The position numbers and the translations under genes were made by a program. This document shows, in pieces, positions 45,848-54,898 of a DNA stretch of 64,000 nt. The stretch's first letter is position 1, and every line of letters starts with the position of its first letter. The DNA is taken from assembly GCA_041660305.1 (NCBI GenBank), contig JBAZWO010000001.1:354268-418267 (forward strand), in the 5' to 3' direction. The notes beneath the pieces are model-generated. The model was not told the DNA's origin, ran no database searches, and saw only the letters and a list, made by a program, of their open reading frames with translations. The DNA comes from Patescibacteria group bacterium. GTDB taxonomy: Bacteria; Patescibacteriota; Patescibacteriia; UBA9570.

Positions 45848-45876
45848 TTGACAAAAGCACAATTTTTATCTAATGT
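45848..45876 (+). promoter_or_regulatory. consensus-like promoter positioned for a leaderless mRNA
   Basis: TTGACA (45848-53), 17 nt, TAATGT (45871-76), 6 nt, then ATG 45883. Confidence 0.5.
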
Positions 45877-45882
45877 ACAATC

Positions 45883-46116
45883 ATGCCTGATATTAATTTA
45901 ACCAATAAAAAAAGAAAGCAATATTTCAAAGAAATCTTTGTTAATCTTATTTATGACAACATGGCTATGGAGAATGAAACTGTTTTTTCCAAAAAAAGTA
46001 TTGCTGAACGTTATAAATTACAAATTAATAACTTAATTAAGGAAGGCGCTCATAATAAAATTGTTATTCCGAACTCATACTATGTCAAAGACAAAGCCGT
46101 CTTATCGCGAAACTAA
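45883..46116 (+). CDS. hypothetical 77-aa protein upstream of and overlapping the Fic gene start
   Basis: ORF with the promoter above. Its position suggests a Fic partner, but no S/TxxxE(G/N) inhibitory motif was recognised. Confidence 0.4.
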   Translation: MPDINLTNKKRKQYFKEIFVNLIYDNMAMENETVFSKKSIAERYKLQINNLIKEGAHNKIVIPNSYYVKDKAVLSRN

Positions 46117-46642
46117 GTTTGGCATTCTTTCTATTAAAGAAATTGAAATTATGATTACTGATGGTGTTGCAAATGTAAACGCTTTTTTATTGCGCGAATA
46201 CGATAATTTACCTATTAACATTGAAACAGCCAAAGAATTACATGAAAAAGTTGCTGGTTATGTTTTTAAAGAAGCAGGAAATTTTAGAAAACACGAAGTA
46301 ACAATTGGAAAATATGAACCGCCAAAGTTTTTTCAAATCTGTGAACTTATGGCAAATTGGGAATCTGATTATAATGAGCGGCATAAACACGCAAAAACTC
46401 AAGACGAAAAAATTGAACTGTTAGCCTGGATGATGCATTAATTTTTATTAATCCATCCTTTTTTTGATTATAACGGTCGAGTTGCTCGATTGCTTGGCCA
46501 ATTATTTCTTCTACAGCACCAGTTGCCCATTTCCAGTTTTGTCGGCATAAAACGCACTGACTATGCAACCGCCATGAAAACAGCAACGGTTGAACATGAG
46601 TTAAAAAGTGTAATTGAATTAATAAACAAAAGCATCCAATAA
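46082..46642 (+). pseudogene. Fic/DOC-family gene interrupted by one in-frame TAA
   Basis: Reading straight through TAA at 46439-46441 in the same frame gives ...LLAWMMH*FLLIHPFFDYNGRVARLLGQLFLL... This is the Fic core motif HPFxDxNGRxxR, located just after the stop. Confidence 0.7.
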
Positions 46643-46694
46643 TAACATTGGCTCCTGTATAAATAAAACCGGTGCTTCATGTAATGTTTAAAAA

Positions 46695-47015
46695 CTAATA
46701 ACGCCGTAGTTTTTTATAAGCCTGCATTATCTGAATAATGAGCGCCTCTTCTTCTGCCGTAATTGGTTCTTCACCTAATAAAACTTTTCGTACGGTTGTT
46801 AAATGCTCTGTTTTAAGATTAACTCTTATTAATAGCGTGATCGTTTGCTCAACCTTACTTTCTTCACGACCATATTTATCACGTAATAATTTTAATGTTG
46901 GCGACTCATTGGCACTATTTGCTTCTTTAGCTTCTAATCTTCTGCTTAATTCATTTATTGTTACATCTTCTCCTCTTTTTGGTTTTGCTTTTATTAACAC
47001 TTCATTTTTTACCAT
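46695..47015 (-). CDS. hypothetical 106-aa protein
   Basis: ORF only, with a charged helical composition. Confidence 0.4.
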   Translation of the reverse strand: MVKNEVLIKAKPKRGEDVTINELSRRLEAKEANSANESPTLKLLRDKYGREESKVEQTITLLIRVNLKTEHLTTVRKVLLGEEPITAEEEALIIQIMQAYKKLRRY

Positions 47016-47139
47016 ATAAACATTATTAAATCATCTATTGTTTTTTACAATAACCAATATACAACAATAGTTATTAGTTTGGCAAATAAGATCCCTGCAA
47101 CCATTATCTCTTACTTTACAATTATTCTTAACTGTTGTA

Positions 47140-47172
47140 AACTAAACATATGAATATTTATAATGTTTAGTT
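47140..47172. promoter_or_regulatory. 10-bp inverted repeat abutting the AbiEi start (candidate autoregulatory operator)
   Basis: aactaaacat-N13-atgtttagtt ends 1 nt before ATG 47174. AbiEi antitoxins are known to autoregulate via promoter inverted repeats. Confidence 0.4.
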
Positions 47173-47173
47173 C

Positions 47174-47764
47174 ATGAAATACGAAACCAAGCCTATTTCT
47201 GCTATCTTACGGTCTAATAACACGGTTTTTACTTTTAAAGACGTGGCTTTAATTTGGGGAAACACCAATAAGATTACTACCATTTCCAGTGTAAATTACT
47301 ATATAAAAACCGGCCAGCTTTATCGTATTCGCAAGGGCATTTATGCTAAAAACGAACATTATAACAAACTGGAATTTGCCACAAAACTATATCCACCGGC
47401 CTATATCAGTTTAGAAACGGTGCTTAGGCAAACCGGAGTTATTTTTCAATACTACAGCCAAATTTTTGTAGTAAGCTATTTAACGCGTCAACTTGAGGTG
47501 GATAAGCAAAAATACGTTTATCGACGCATTAAAGAACAAATTTTGACTAACCAATTAGGCCTGGTTAAAAAAGATAATTATTTTATTGCCGATAAAGAGC
47601 GTGCTTTTCTTGATATGTTATATCTACGAAAAAATTTCTCTTTCGACAATTTATCATCAATAAATTGGGCTAGTTGTTTTGTAATAGCTAAAATTTACGA
47701 AAATAAAACCTTAATTAAAAAATTAAATTCTTATTATAAAGACTATAAGTATGTTAGAACGTAA
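47174..47764 (+). CDS. AbiEi-family type IV antitoxin / transcriptional regulator
   Basis: N-terminal wHTH-like region ending ..GQLYRIRKGIYA, typical of AbiEi. It overlaps the AbiEii gene by 14 nt. Confidence 0.7.
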   Translation: MKYETKPISAILRSNNTVFTFKDVALIWGNTNKITTISSVNYYIKTGQLYRIRKGIYAKNEHYNKLEFATKLYPPAYISLETVLRQTGVIFQYYSQIFVVSYLTRQLEVDKQKYVYRRIKEQILTNQLGLVKKDNYFIADKERAFLDMLYLRKNFSFDNLSSINWASCFVIAKIYENKTLIKKLNSYYKDYKYVRT

Positions 47765-48455
47765 TCAACACAAAGCCATGTTATTGCGCATTCTTAAACA
47801 GATTTACGCCGATACCACTGTCGGCCCTTGCTTGGGTTTTAAAGGTGGTACAGCCGCTTTCTTATTCTATGGTTTAGATCGCTTTTCAGTAGATTTAGAC
47901 TTTGATTTGTTAGACAAAAATAAAGAAGAATATATTTTTGAAAAAATAAGCGCTATATTAAAAAATCACGGTATCATCCGAGAACAGTATAAAAAATATA
48001 ACACCGTATTTTTTATGTTGTCATATGCGGAAGAATTGCATAATATAAAAATTGAAATTTCTAAAAGAAAATTAACAACCAATTACAATTTGCTGAATTA
48101 TCTTGGCATTCCAATGTTGGTAATAACGCGCGAAGATATGTTCGCCTATAAACTAATTGCTATGTGTGAGAGAAACAAATCTGCTAATCGTGATATTTAC
48201 GATATTTGGTTTTTCTTAAAAAATAATTGGCCATTAAACACACTACTTATTGAACAACATAGCGGTAAAAATTTTTCAGCTTATCTTAAACAAGCCATAA
48301 CTTATATTAAAAATTATAATGATGCTTATATTCTAGATAGTATCGGTGAATTGCTGAATGAGCCGCAAAAAATATGGGTAAAATCAAACCTAAAACAAGA
48401 AGTATTGTTTTTACTTAAAGTAATGCTGGACGTTACTACTGCACCACGAAATTAA
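47751..48455 (+). CDS. AbiEii/AbiGii-family nucleotidyltransferase toxin (DUF1814)
   Basis: GFKGGTAAFLFYGLDRFSVDLDFDL is the hallmark N-terminal NTase motif. Confidence 0.8.
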   Translation: MLERNQHKAMLLRILKQIYADTTVGPCLGFKGGTAAFLFYGLDRFSVDLDFDLLDKNKEEYIFEKISAILKNHGIIREQYKKYNTVFFMLSYAEELHNIKIEISKRKLTTNYNLLNYLGIPMLVITREDMFAYKLIAMCERNKSANRDIYDIWFFLKNNWPLNTLLIEQHSGKNFSAYLKQAITYIKNYNDAYILDSIGELLNEPQKIWVKSNLKQEVLFLLKVMLDVTTAPRN

Positions 48456-49545
48456 ACGCAGTTTGCAAATCCATGGCGTCGGGATCGCTCCAAACTAAGC
48501 CGTGCACGGCTTCGCCTGGCTGTACTCTGTTAGAGCCAGTACCGGTGATTAAAGTATAGCCAGCGCTGGCGGTGCAACTTTTTCCGGTGTTGTATTCATG
48601 TACGGCGCAAATTTCATCCGGCGTCATTAACGTATCATCAGCCATGGCTATAGTAGCAGTATGGTATTGCTCCAAGCGCAACGAACCAACGCTGGCTCGT
48701 TCACCGTCCGGCACTGGAAAACCACACATGTTAAAAGACACGCGCAACGGTTCGGAAAAATTAAACGCCGCTATTTGTTCAGTAGTTGGCGCCGTACTAA
48801 CCAGGCCGTTAGCGCCAGTGTACCACATGTTAATGGCGTCGGTGCTAGAAAATGTAACCACGCCGCGTTTCCAATTAACATATTTAATCAATTCAATTAG
48901 TAATGGGCTAAGAAAATTGCTGTCGGTTGGCCCTTCGGCATAACTCCAAGCGGTGTCCTCGGTTGGCACCGGAGCAATATCTAAAATACCAGTAATCCCA
49001 TAATTTTGCATTAATGTTTGATTTCTATCGGTGATTAAACGCTCTTCAATGATCGGCAATAACATGCCGCCCATGCTGTGGCCAACTAAAATTTTTGTTG
49101 GATAATAATTATCACCAGCCGGATCGTTTACTTTATCTAACACTGCAATAACAGCCTGGGCGTAATCGTCCATCGTTAAAGCGCCGTAAGCTACATCGCG
49201 CGGCTGTGTGCTTAGATCATGCCCCGGTAAAGCCGGCATAATAAAACCAGCGATCTGCTGGCTGGCCGGCATAGAACTCCAAGCCGTGACAAAATTATCC
49301 CAAATTTCCGGCCCGCCGGAATAACCGTGCACTAACACAGCATACTTGGTGGCCGTAGGAGCGGCGACCGGATTTTGAGCCACGCGCACTTGCATCACAA
49401 AACTGCCAGCATGATCTGGAATGCTAACAGGCATCATAACATCATCAAATACTAGTGTCGGGCTAGCCGCTGTTGCTGTTTGGCTTTTACCTAACAATAA
49501 CACGCTAACCAATAAAATGACTAGGTAAACAACTCTTCTGGCCAT
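48436..49545 (-). CDS. secreted alpha/beta-hydrolase (esterase/lipase-like)
   Basis: Signal peptide MARRVVYLVILLVSVLLLGKSQTATA from ATG 49545, and the nucleophile elbow GHSMGG. It is visibly GC-richer than its neighbours. Confidence 0.75.
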   Translation of the reverse strand: MARRVVYLVILLVSVLLLGKSQTATAASPTLVFDDVMMPVSIPDHAGSFVMQVRVAQNPVAAPTATKYAVLVHGYSGGPEIWDNFVTAWSSMPASQQIAGFIMPALPGHDLSTQPRDVAYGALTMDDYAQAVIAVLDKVNDPAGDNYYPTKILVGHSMGGMLLPIIEERLITDRNQTLMQNYGITGILDIAPVPTEDTAWSYAEGPTDSNFLSPLLIELIKYVNWKRGVVTFSSTDAINMWYTGANGLVSTAPTTEQIAAFNFSEPLRVSFNMCGFPVPDGERASVGSLRLEQYHTATIAMADDTLMTPDEICAVHEYNTGKSCTASAGYTLITGTGSNRVQPGEAVHGLVWSDPDAMDLQTAFNFVVQ

Positions 49546-49656
49546 AGAATTTATATTAATTATTAAATTACAAAAAAACTGCACCCACTGTACAGCTATT
49601 ACAAATAACGTCAAGCTATTTGATCACAATTGTGTACTATTTAAATACCAACTGTT

Positions 49657-50655
49657 TTAGCTAATCTTGGCGCGTAATTGCGCTAATTCTGTTTGTAGCT
49701 GTTCTGGCAATATAACCTGTTTTTTATTCAGTAGTGCAATAAAAGCCAATAGAGCTTGCTGTAAACTATTTGGACCAATCAGCGTGGGATCTGGTTCTAG
49801 ATAGATTATTTTTAAAGCTTGGTTATTTTTTACTAAAACAAAATGTCCAGTGGTTAATAATACGCGACCATAATGTAAATATTCGGTTAATGCCTGTTTT
49901 AACACTGGCTTATACCCTCCTACAATAATAGTATAAGCCGCTGTATGTAAAAGCATGTGAATATCATTGCCACCATCACCGGCTACCATGCTTTGATAAT
50001 GATATTGTTGCTCTAAATAAATTACCGCATCTTTTTTATCTACGGCCACCACATCTAAATTATAATCGGCTAGATTATTTTCTAATACATAATTAGCCGA
50101 AACTATGATGTTCAGCTTAGATAAACCAACTTGTTTAAAAATCATTTGAAAACGATATTGGATATTTAAAGCCTCTTGGACTGTAGCTATAAAATGATAA
50201 GAGATTTTAAATGGTTGGCGCTCACCGGTATAATTCAGCTGATCTTGCGGTTGAAATTGAAAATTGATATTCGGAAATAAATTTTGTATGGTTTGTTCCA
50301 AATCTTGGCATAGCGGATATAATACTGATCGCTTAAAACCGCTTGTTTCTTGCACGTATTGCTCGTAACGACGATCTAATTGATAAGTGCCGTTCGGCTG
50401 TTTAACGTATAAACGTGTGCCTAATTCACAGGCTAAAATATTAAATGGCAATTCCCCGCTAAATTTAGCAGTATCTAACAACATAACATCAACGGATCTG
50501 CCCGTAACAGCAATTAATGGAATTTGATACTGTTTTAAAATAGCCGTAATAGCTAATGTAGTTTCCCAATAATTTTCTTGTTGTTGTAAATGATGACGTT
50601 CGTCTAAAACAAATGTTCCGTCGATATCTGTAAATAAAGCTAGGGCTGTTTGCAT
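49657..50655 (-). CDS. HAD-superfamily (IIB-like) phosphatase
   Basis: Motif I FTDIDGTF and motif IV GDGGNDIHML. 332 aa. Confidence 0.7.
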   Translation of the reverse strand: MQTALALFTDIDGTFVLDERHHLQQQENYWETTLAITAILKQYQIPLIAVTGRSVDVMLLDTAKFSGELPFNILACELGTRLYVKQPNGTYQLDRRYEQYVQETSGFKRSVLYPLCQDLEQTIQNLFPNINFQFQPQDQLNYTGERQPFKISYHFIATVQEALNIQYRFQMIFKQVGLSKLNIIVSANYVLENNLADYNLDVVAVDKKDAVIYLEQQYHYQSMVAGDGGNDIHMLLHTAAYTIIVGGYKPVLKQALTEYLHYGRVLLTTGHFVLVKNNQALKIIYLEPDPTLIGPNSLQQALLAFIALLNKKQVILPEQLQTELAQLRAKIS

Positions 50656-50663
50656 AATAATTA

Positions 50664-51980
50664 TTAATTACGCAACCGCTGCATCATGTTTACTCGCTGA
50701 TTAATTAATTTAGCCGTACCAATATCCGACCGATGAATTAACGGACCAGTAATTTTTTTAATTTCTTGTTCAACCATTTGTTCTGCTGTCACTAAATTAT
50801 CAGCCGCTCCCACCAGCGCTACCGTACGCGAACCTTTTTCAATTAAGCCTTGGGCTGTTTTATCTACCGAACCATAAAATACCTGTACCTTATCGGTATC
50901 TACCTCGGTTACATTAATAAGCTGATCTTTACAAGGTTTTTCCGGATAGCCTTGTGGCACTAAATATTTACACACCGAAGCTTTTGCCTGAAATGATACG
51001 TTAATCTTATTTAAAGTGCCGTTCATAATAGCTTCGGTAATTTTCACTAAATCAGTATTCAAAATCATCATTAAATTCATAATTTCTGGATCACCAAAAC
51101 GTACATTATATTCAATTAATTTTACGCCGTTTTTTACAGCCATAAATCCGCCATACAACACGCCTTTATAGGCTTGCTTGTATTTATCTTGAATGGCTTG
51201 CAACGTTTGTTCGTTAATAGTTTTAGCTTGTTGTACGTCTTGTTCAGTAATAAATGGCAAACGATGATTCGACATGCTGTAAGATCCCATGCCACCAGTA
51301 TTTGGACCGGTATCATCTACCCCTAACCGTTTATGATCTTGCACTACCGGTAAATGGATTACGTGTGTTCCATCCGATAAGCTCATTAACGAAAATTCCT
51401 GCCCAATTAATTTTTCTTCTAGCACCACTTGCTTATCACCTTTACTAAATAATTCCTTACAATACTCAACGGCATCATTAACGGTTTGTAATTGCTCACC
51501 CATTATTTTTACGCCTTTGCCGCCGGTTAACCCGTCTGGTTTTACCACACACTGACCATTTAAAATATTATTAATATATTCCTCAATGCCTGCCACTGAA
51601 AAAAAAGTTTTAAATAACGGCGAGGCGTTAATATGATATTCATCTAATAATGCCCGCGCAAACCCCTTGGAAGATTCTAATTGCGCTAAAACTTGGGTGG
51701 GACCAATACAAAAAATACCCTCTGCCTGTAGCACATCGGCTATACCAACCGCCAACGGATCTTCCGGGCCAATCCAGGCTATATCAATCACTCGTTGTTT
51801 AGCCCATGATACAATAGCAGTTATGTCTGTTGCTTTTCCTAGGCCGATTTCTTTTACTAATTGCTTAATACCAGGATTAGTAGTTGAACCATAATTATAT
51901 AACTCCACATCAACGTGTTGAGCTAATTTCCAAACTAGTGCGTGCTCACGCGCACCACAACCAACTACTAAAATCTTCAT
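50664..51980 (-). CDS. purD: phosphoribosylamine-glycine ligase
   Basis: MKILVVGCGAREHAL, ATP-grasp core, GPNTGGMGSY. Confidence 0.9.
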   Translation of the reverse strand: MKILVVGCGAREHALVWKLAQHVDVELYNYGSTTNPGIKQLVKEIGLGKATDITAIVSWAKQRVIDIAWIGPEDPLAVGIADVLQAEGIFCIGPTQVLAQLESSKGFARALLDEYHINASPLFKTFFSVAGIEEYINNILNGQCVVKPDGLTGGKGVKIMGEQLQTVNDAVEYCKELFSKGDKQVVLEEKLIGQEFSLMSLSDGTHVIHLPVVQDHKRLGVDDTGPNTGGMGSYSMSNHRLPFITEQDVQQAKTINEQTLQAIQDKYKQAYKGVLYGGFMAVKNGVKLIEYNVRFGDPEIMNLMMILNTDLVKITEAIMNGTLNKINVSFQAKASVCKYLVPQGYPEKPCKDQLINVTEVDTDKVQVFYGSVDKTAQGLIEKGSRTVALVGAADNLVTAEQMVEQEIKKITGPLIHRSDIGTAKLINQRVNMMQRLRN

Positions 51981-51999
51981 AACCGTTAGCTGCTATTAA

Positions 52000-53487
52000 T
52001 TATTTATTAATCGGCGTACAAGCGGCTTTGTCTTCTAAACGCATTTTTTCATTAGCCGCTATTACTTGCTCGGTAATGTCTGCTGTAGGATATTTTTTAG
52101 AAAAACAACCCGTACAAAACTTTTGCGCTAATGATTTTTCGGTATTTACGGCTTTAACCATGTCTTCTATCGTTTGATAAATAAGCCAGTCCGCTCCAAT
52201 ATATTTACGAATGGATTCATTATCTTTATGATTAGCAATCAGTTCTTGTCGGGTAGGAATATCTACTCCATATAAACAAGGGCTAACCACCGGTGAAGAT
52301 GCTGAAGCAACATACACTTTTTTAGCTCCAGCCGCTCGTAACATTTGCACAATTTCCTTAGCCGTAGTACCACGCACAATACTATCATCTACCAACAATA
52401 CGTTCTTGCGCTTTATTTCTAGTGGTTGCGGATTTAATTTATATTTTACAGATTTTACCCGCTTAGCTTGACCGGGCATAATAAACGTTCGTCCAATAAA
52501 ATTATTTTTTACTAAGCCTTCCCGATATTTCACTCCTAAATCATGTGCTAAGGCTAAAGCAGCAGTATTGGAAGTAGATGGAGCTGGAATTACTACATCT
52601 ATTTTTAATTTAGCTTGTAATGGTTTAATGCGTTTGGCTAAAATTTCACCCATGCGCAAACGTGCTTTGTAAACGGAAATGTTGTTTTCTAAAGAATCTG
52701 GCCGAGAAAAATACACATATTCAAATATACAAGGGTGCAATTTGGCAGACGCTATTTGTTTTGTATGTACAACTCGTTTACTATCAATAAAAATACATTC
52801 GCCAGCCCCAACGTCTTTTACATATTCCAAGCCCATCATGTTAAACATCACGGATTCGGATGTAAACGCGTATTCCGCCTGTTTGCCAGAACCACGTTTT
52901 CCAAAAATCATTGGCCGAATACCATATGGATCACGAAAACCAAATAAACCATAGCCCGCAATAATACCAGTAACTGAATAAGCGCCCTTACAACGTTTAT
53001 ATACTCCTTGCACGGCGGCAAACACCTTTTCTGGCATCTTACTAGTTTTACTATTTTGTTTGGCTAATTCTTGAGCAAACACCGCTAAAATAACTTCTAC
53101 ATCACAACCAGAATTTACTTGCCAAAGATCTTTCTCTACTAGTTCTTTTTTTAGTTCCAAAAAATTCGATAAATTACCGTTGTGCGCCATGGCGATACCA
53201 TAGGGATGATGCACATAAAATGGCTGAGCATCTTCTAGACCACCTTTACCTACTGTAGCATAACGAATGTGTCCAATACCAAGATTACCCGTTAACCGCC
53301 GCATAGTACCGGCGTGAAAATTATCCCGCACAAAACCAATGCCTTTTTTTAAATGAAAGCTATGCTCATCATAGGTTAAAATCCCACAGGCATCGTGTCC
53401 ACGATGTTGCAGAGAAATTAATCCATCATACACATCTTGCGCTACTGTACTTTGTTCTTTACCATAAATGCTAAATATTCCACACAT
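52000..53487 (-). CDS. purF: amidophosphoribosyltransferase
   Basis: MCGIFSIYG (N-terminal nucleophile Cys), LQHRGHDACGI, and the PRPP loop VLLVDDSIVRGTT. Confidence 0.95.
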   Translation of the reverse strand: MCGIFSIYGKEQSTVAQDVYDGLISLQHRGHDACGILTYDEHSFHLKKGIGFVRDNFHAGTMRRLTGNLGIGHIRYATVGKGGLEDAQPFYVHHPYGIAMAHNGNLSNFLELKKELVEKDLWQVNSGCDVEVILAVFAQELAKQNSKTSKMPEKVFAAVQGVYKRCKGAYSVTGIIAGYGLFGFRDPYGIRPMIFGKRGSGKQAEYAFTSESVMFNMMGLEYVKDVGAGECIFIDSKRVVHTKQIASAKLHPCIFEYVYFSRPDSLENNISVYKARLRMGEILAKRIKPLQAKLKIDVVIPAPSTSNTAALALAHDLGVKYREGLVKNNFIGRTFIMPGQAKRVKSVKYKLNPQPLEIKRKNVLLVDDSIVRGTTAKEIVQMLRAAGAKKVYVASASSPVVSPCLYGVDIPTRQELIANHKDNESIRKYIGADWLIYQTIEDMVKAVNTEKSLAQKFCTGCFSKKYPTADITEQVIAANEKMRLEDKAACTPINK

Positions 53488-53499
53488 AAATAAAACTCA

Positions 53500-54876
53500 T
53501 TAAATAAATTTAATAAGATCTGGTGCTAAGCCTAAATAATTTGCCGGCGTAAGCTTTTTTAATTCTTGTTTGGTTTTTGTTGGTATATCTAACTCACTAA
53601 TAAATTGATGCATAATAACCTTGGTTAATGTAGTGCCACGAGTTAACTGCTTCAACTGTTCATACGGCGCTGGCTTACCTAAACGACGCATTACCGTTTG
53701 AATCGGCTCGGCTAACACTTCCCAATGTTCATCCAACTCGGCTGCTAAACGTGTTTGATTAGGCGTTACACGCTGCCAAGCTTTCATAGTATTATCTACA
53801 GCTAATATAGAATGCGCCAACGCCACGCCTTGATTACGCAATACGGTACTATCGGTTAAATCGCGCTGCATACGAGACACTAACAATTTTTCTGCTAAAT
53901 GATTAAGCAGCGCATTGGCAATGCCTATATTACCTTCGCTGTTTTCAAAAAAGATTGGGTTAATTTTATGCGGCATAGCAGACGAACCAACTTCACCAGC
54001 TTTATTTTCTTGAATAAATAAACCCCGAGAAATATATTGCCACATGTCTTGATCGAAATCTTTAATAATAGTATTGCTCCGTAGCACTGTGTGATACGAT
54101 TCGGCTAACCGATCATGTGCTTCAATTTGGGTAGTTAATAAATTTGGCTCTAAGCCCAGCTTGGTAATAAACCGCTTAGTAAATTGTACCCAGTTAATAT
54201 TAGGATAAGCACATACATGCGCTGCCCAAGTACCGGTGGCACCTGATAATTTTCCAGTAAATGGAATCTGTTTCAACACCGTTATTTGCCGACGTAACCG
54301 ATGAGCTACTACGGCCAATTCTTTACCAACGGTAGTGGGAGTAGCTGGTTGACCATGAGTTAAGCTTAACATGGCTAACTTACTATATTGTTTGGCACCT
54401 TGCTTTAAAATATCAAATAAATTTTGCACCTTGGGTAAATACACTTCTGCCACAGCATCACGCCACATTAATGTGTACGCTAAATTATTTATATCTTCGC
54501 TGGTTAAACCAAAATGCACAAATTCTAACAGTTTTTTTAGACTACTGTTTTTTAAACGGTCTTTAATATAATATTCTACCGCTTTAACATCGTGTTTAGT
54601 GGTACGCTCAATATCTTTTACTTGTTGCGCTTCTCCTACAGTAAATCCATCCCTCCCATACAAATCAATTAATTCTTGCCGCTCTACTTTGGTAATTTTG
54701 CGTAATTCTGGCAATTTTGCATCCTCAATTAAGGCTAACAAATACGTTACTTCTACTTGAATGCGGTAACGAATTAGGGCGTGTTCGGAAAAATAACCAC
54801 TTAGAATAGACAGGTCTTTACGATAGCGACCATCGATAGGAGAAATAGCTTCCAATGAATCAATAATTGGGCTCAT
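53500..54876 (-). CDS. purB: adenylosuccinate lyase
   Basis: SPIDGRY, the fumarate-lyase signature GSSAMPHKINP, 458 aa. Confidence 0.9.
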   Translation of the reverse strand: MSPIIDSLEAISPIDGRYRKDLSILSGYFSEHALIRYRIQVEVTYLLALIEDAKLPELRKITKVERQELIDLYGRDGFTVGEAQQVKDIERTTKHDVKAVEYYIKDRLKNSSLKKLLEFVHFGLTSEDINNLAYTLMWRDAVAEVYLPKVQNLFDILKQGAKQYSKLAMLSLTHGQPATPTTVGKELAVVAHRLRRQITVLKQIPFTGKLSGATGTWAAHVCAYPNINWVQFTKRFITKLGLEPNLLTTQIEAHDRLAESYHTVLRSNTIIKDFDQDMWQYISRGLFIQENKAGEVGSSAMPHKINPIFFENSEGNIGIANALLNHLAEKLLVSRMQRDLTDSTVLRNQGVALAHSILAVDNTMKAWQRVTPNQTRLAAELDEHWEVLAEPIQTVMRRLGKPAPYEQLKQLTRGTTLTKVIMHQFISELDIPTKTKQELKKLTPANYLGLAPDLIKFI

Positions 54877-54898
54877 ACTGCTTACTTTATAACATGTT

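Noticed and set aside
46439-46441. In-frame TAA in the Fic gene as evidence for an alternative genetic code
   Set aside because: TAA, TAG and TGA all terminate well-supported genes in this window (e.g. lspA ends in TGA, the PrgI-like gene in TAA, the DksA-like gene in TAG). A single nonsense mutation is the simpler explanation.
46347-46586. 79-aa minus-strand ORF
   Set aside because: It is antisense to the Fic coding sequence, including its catalytic motif, so it is a shadow ORF.
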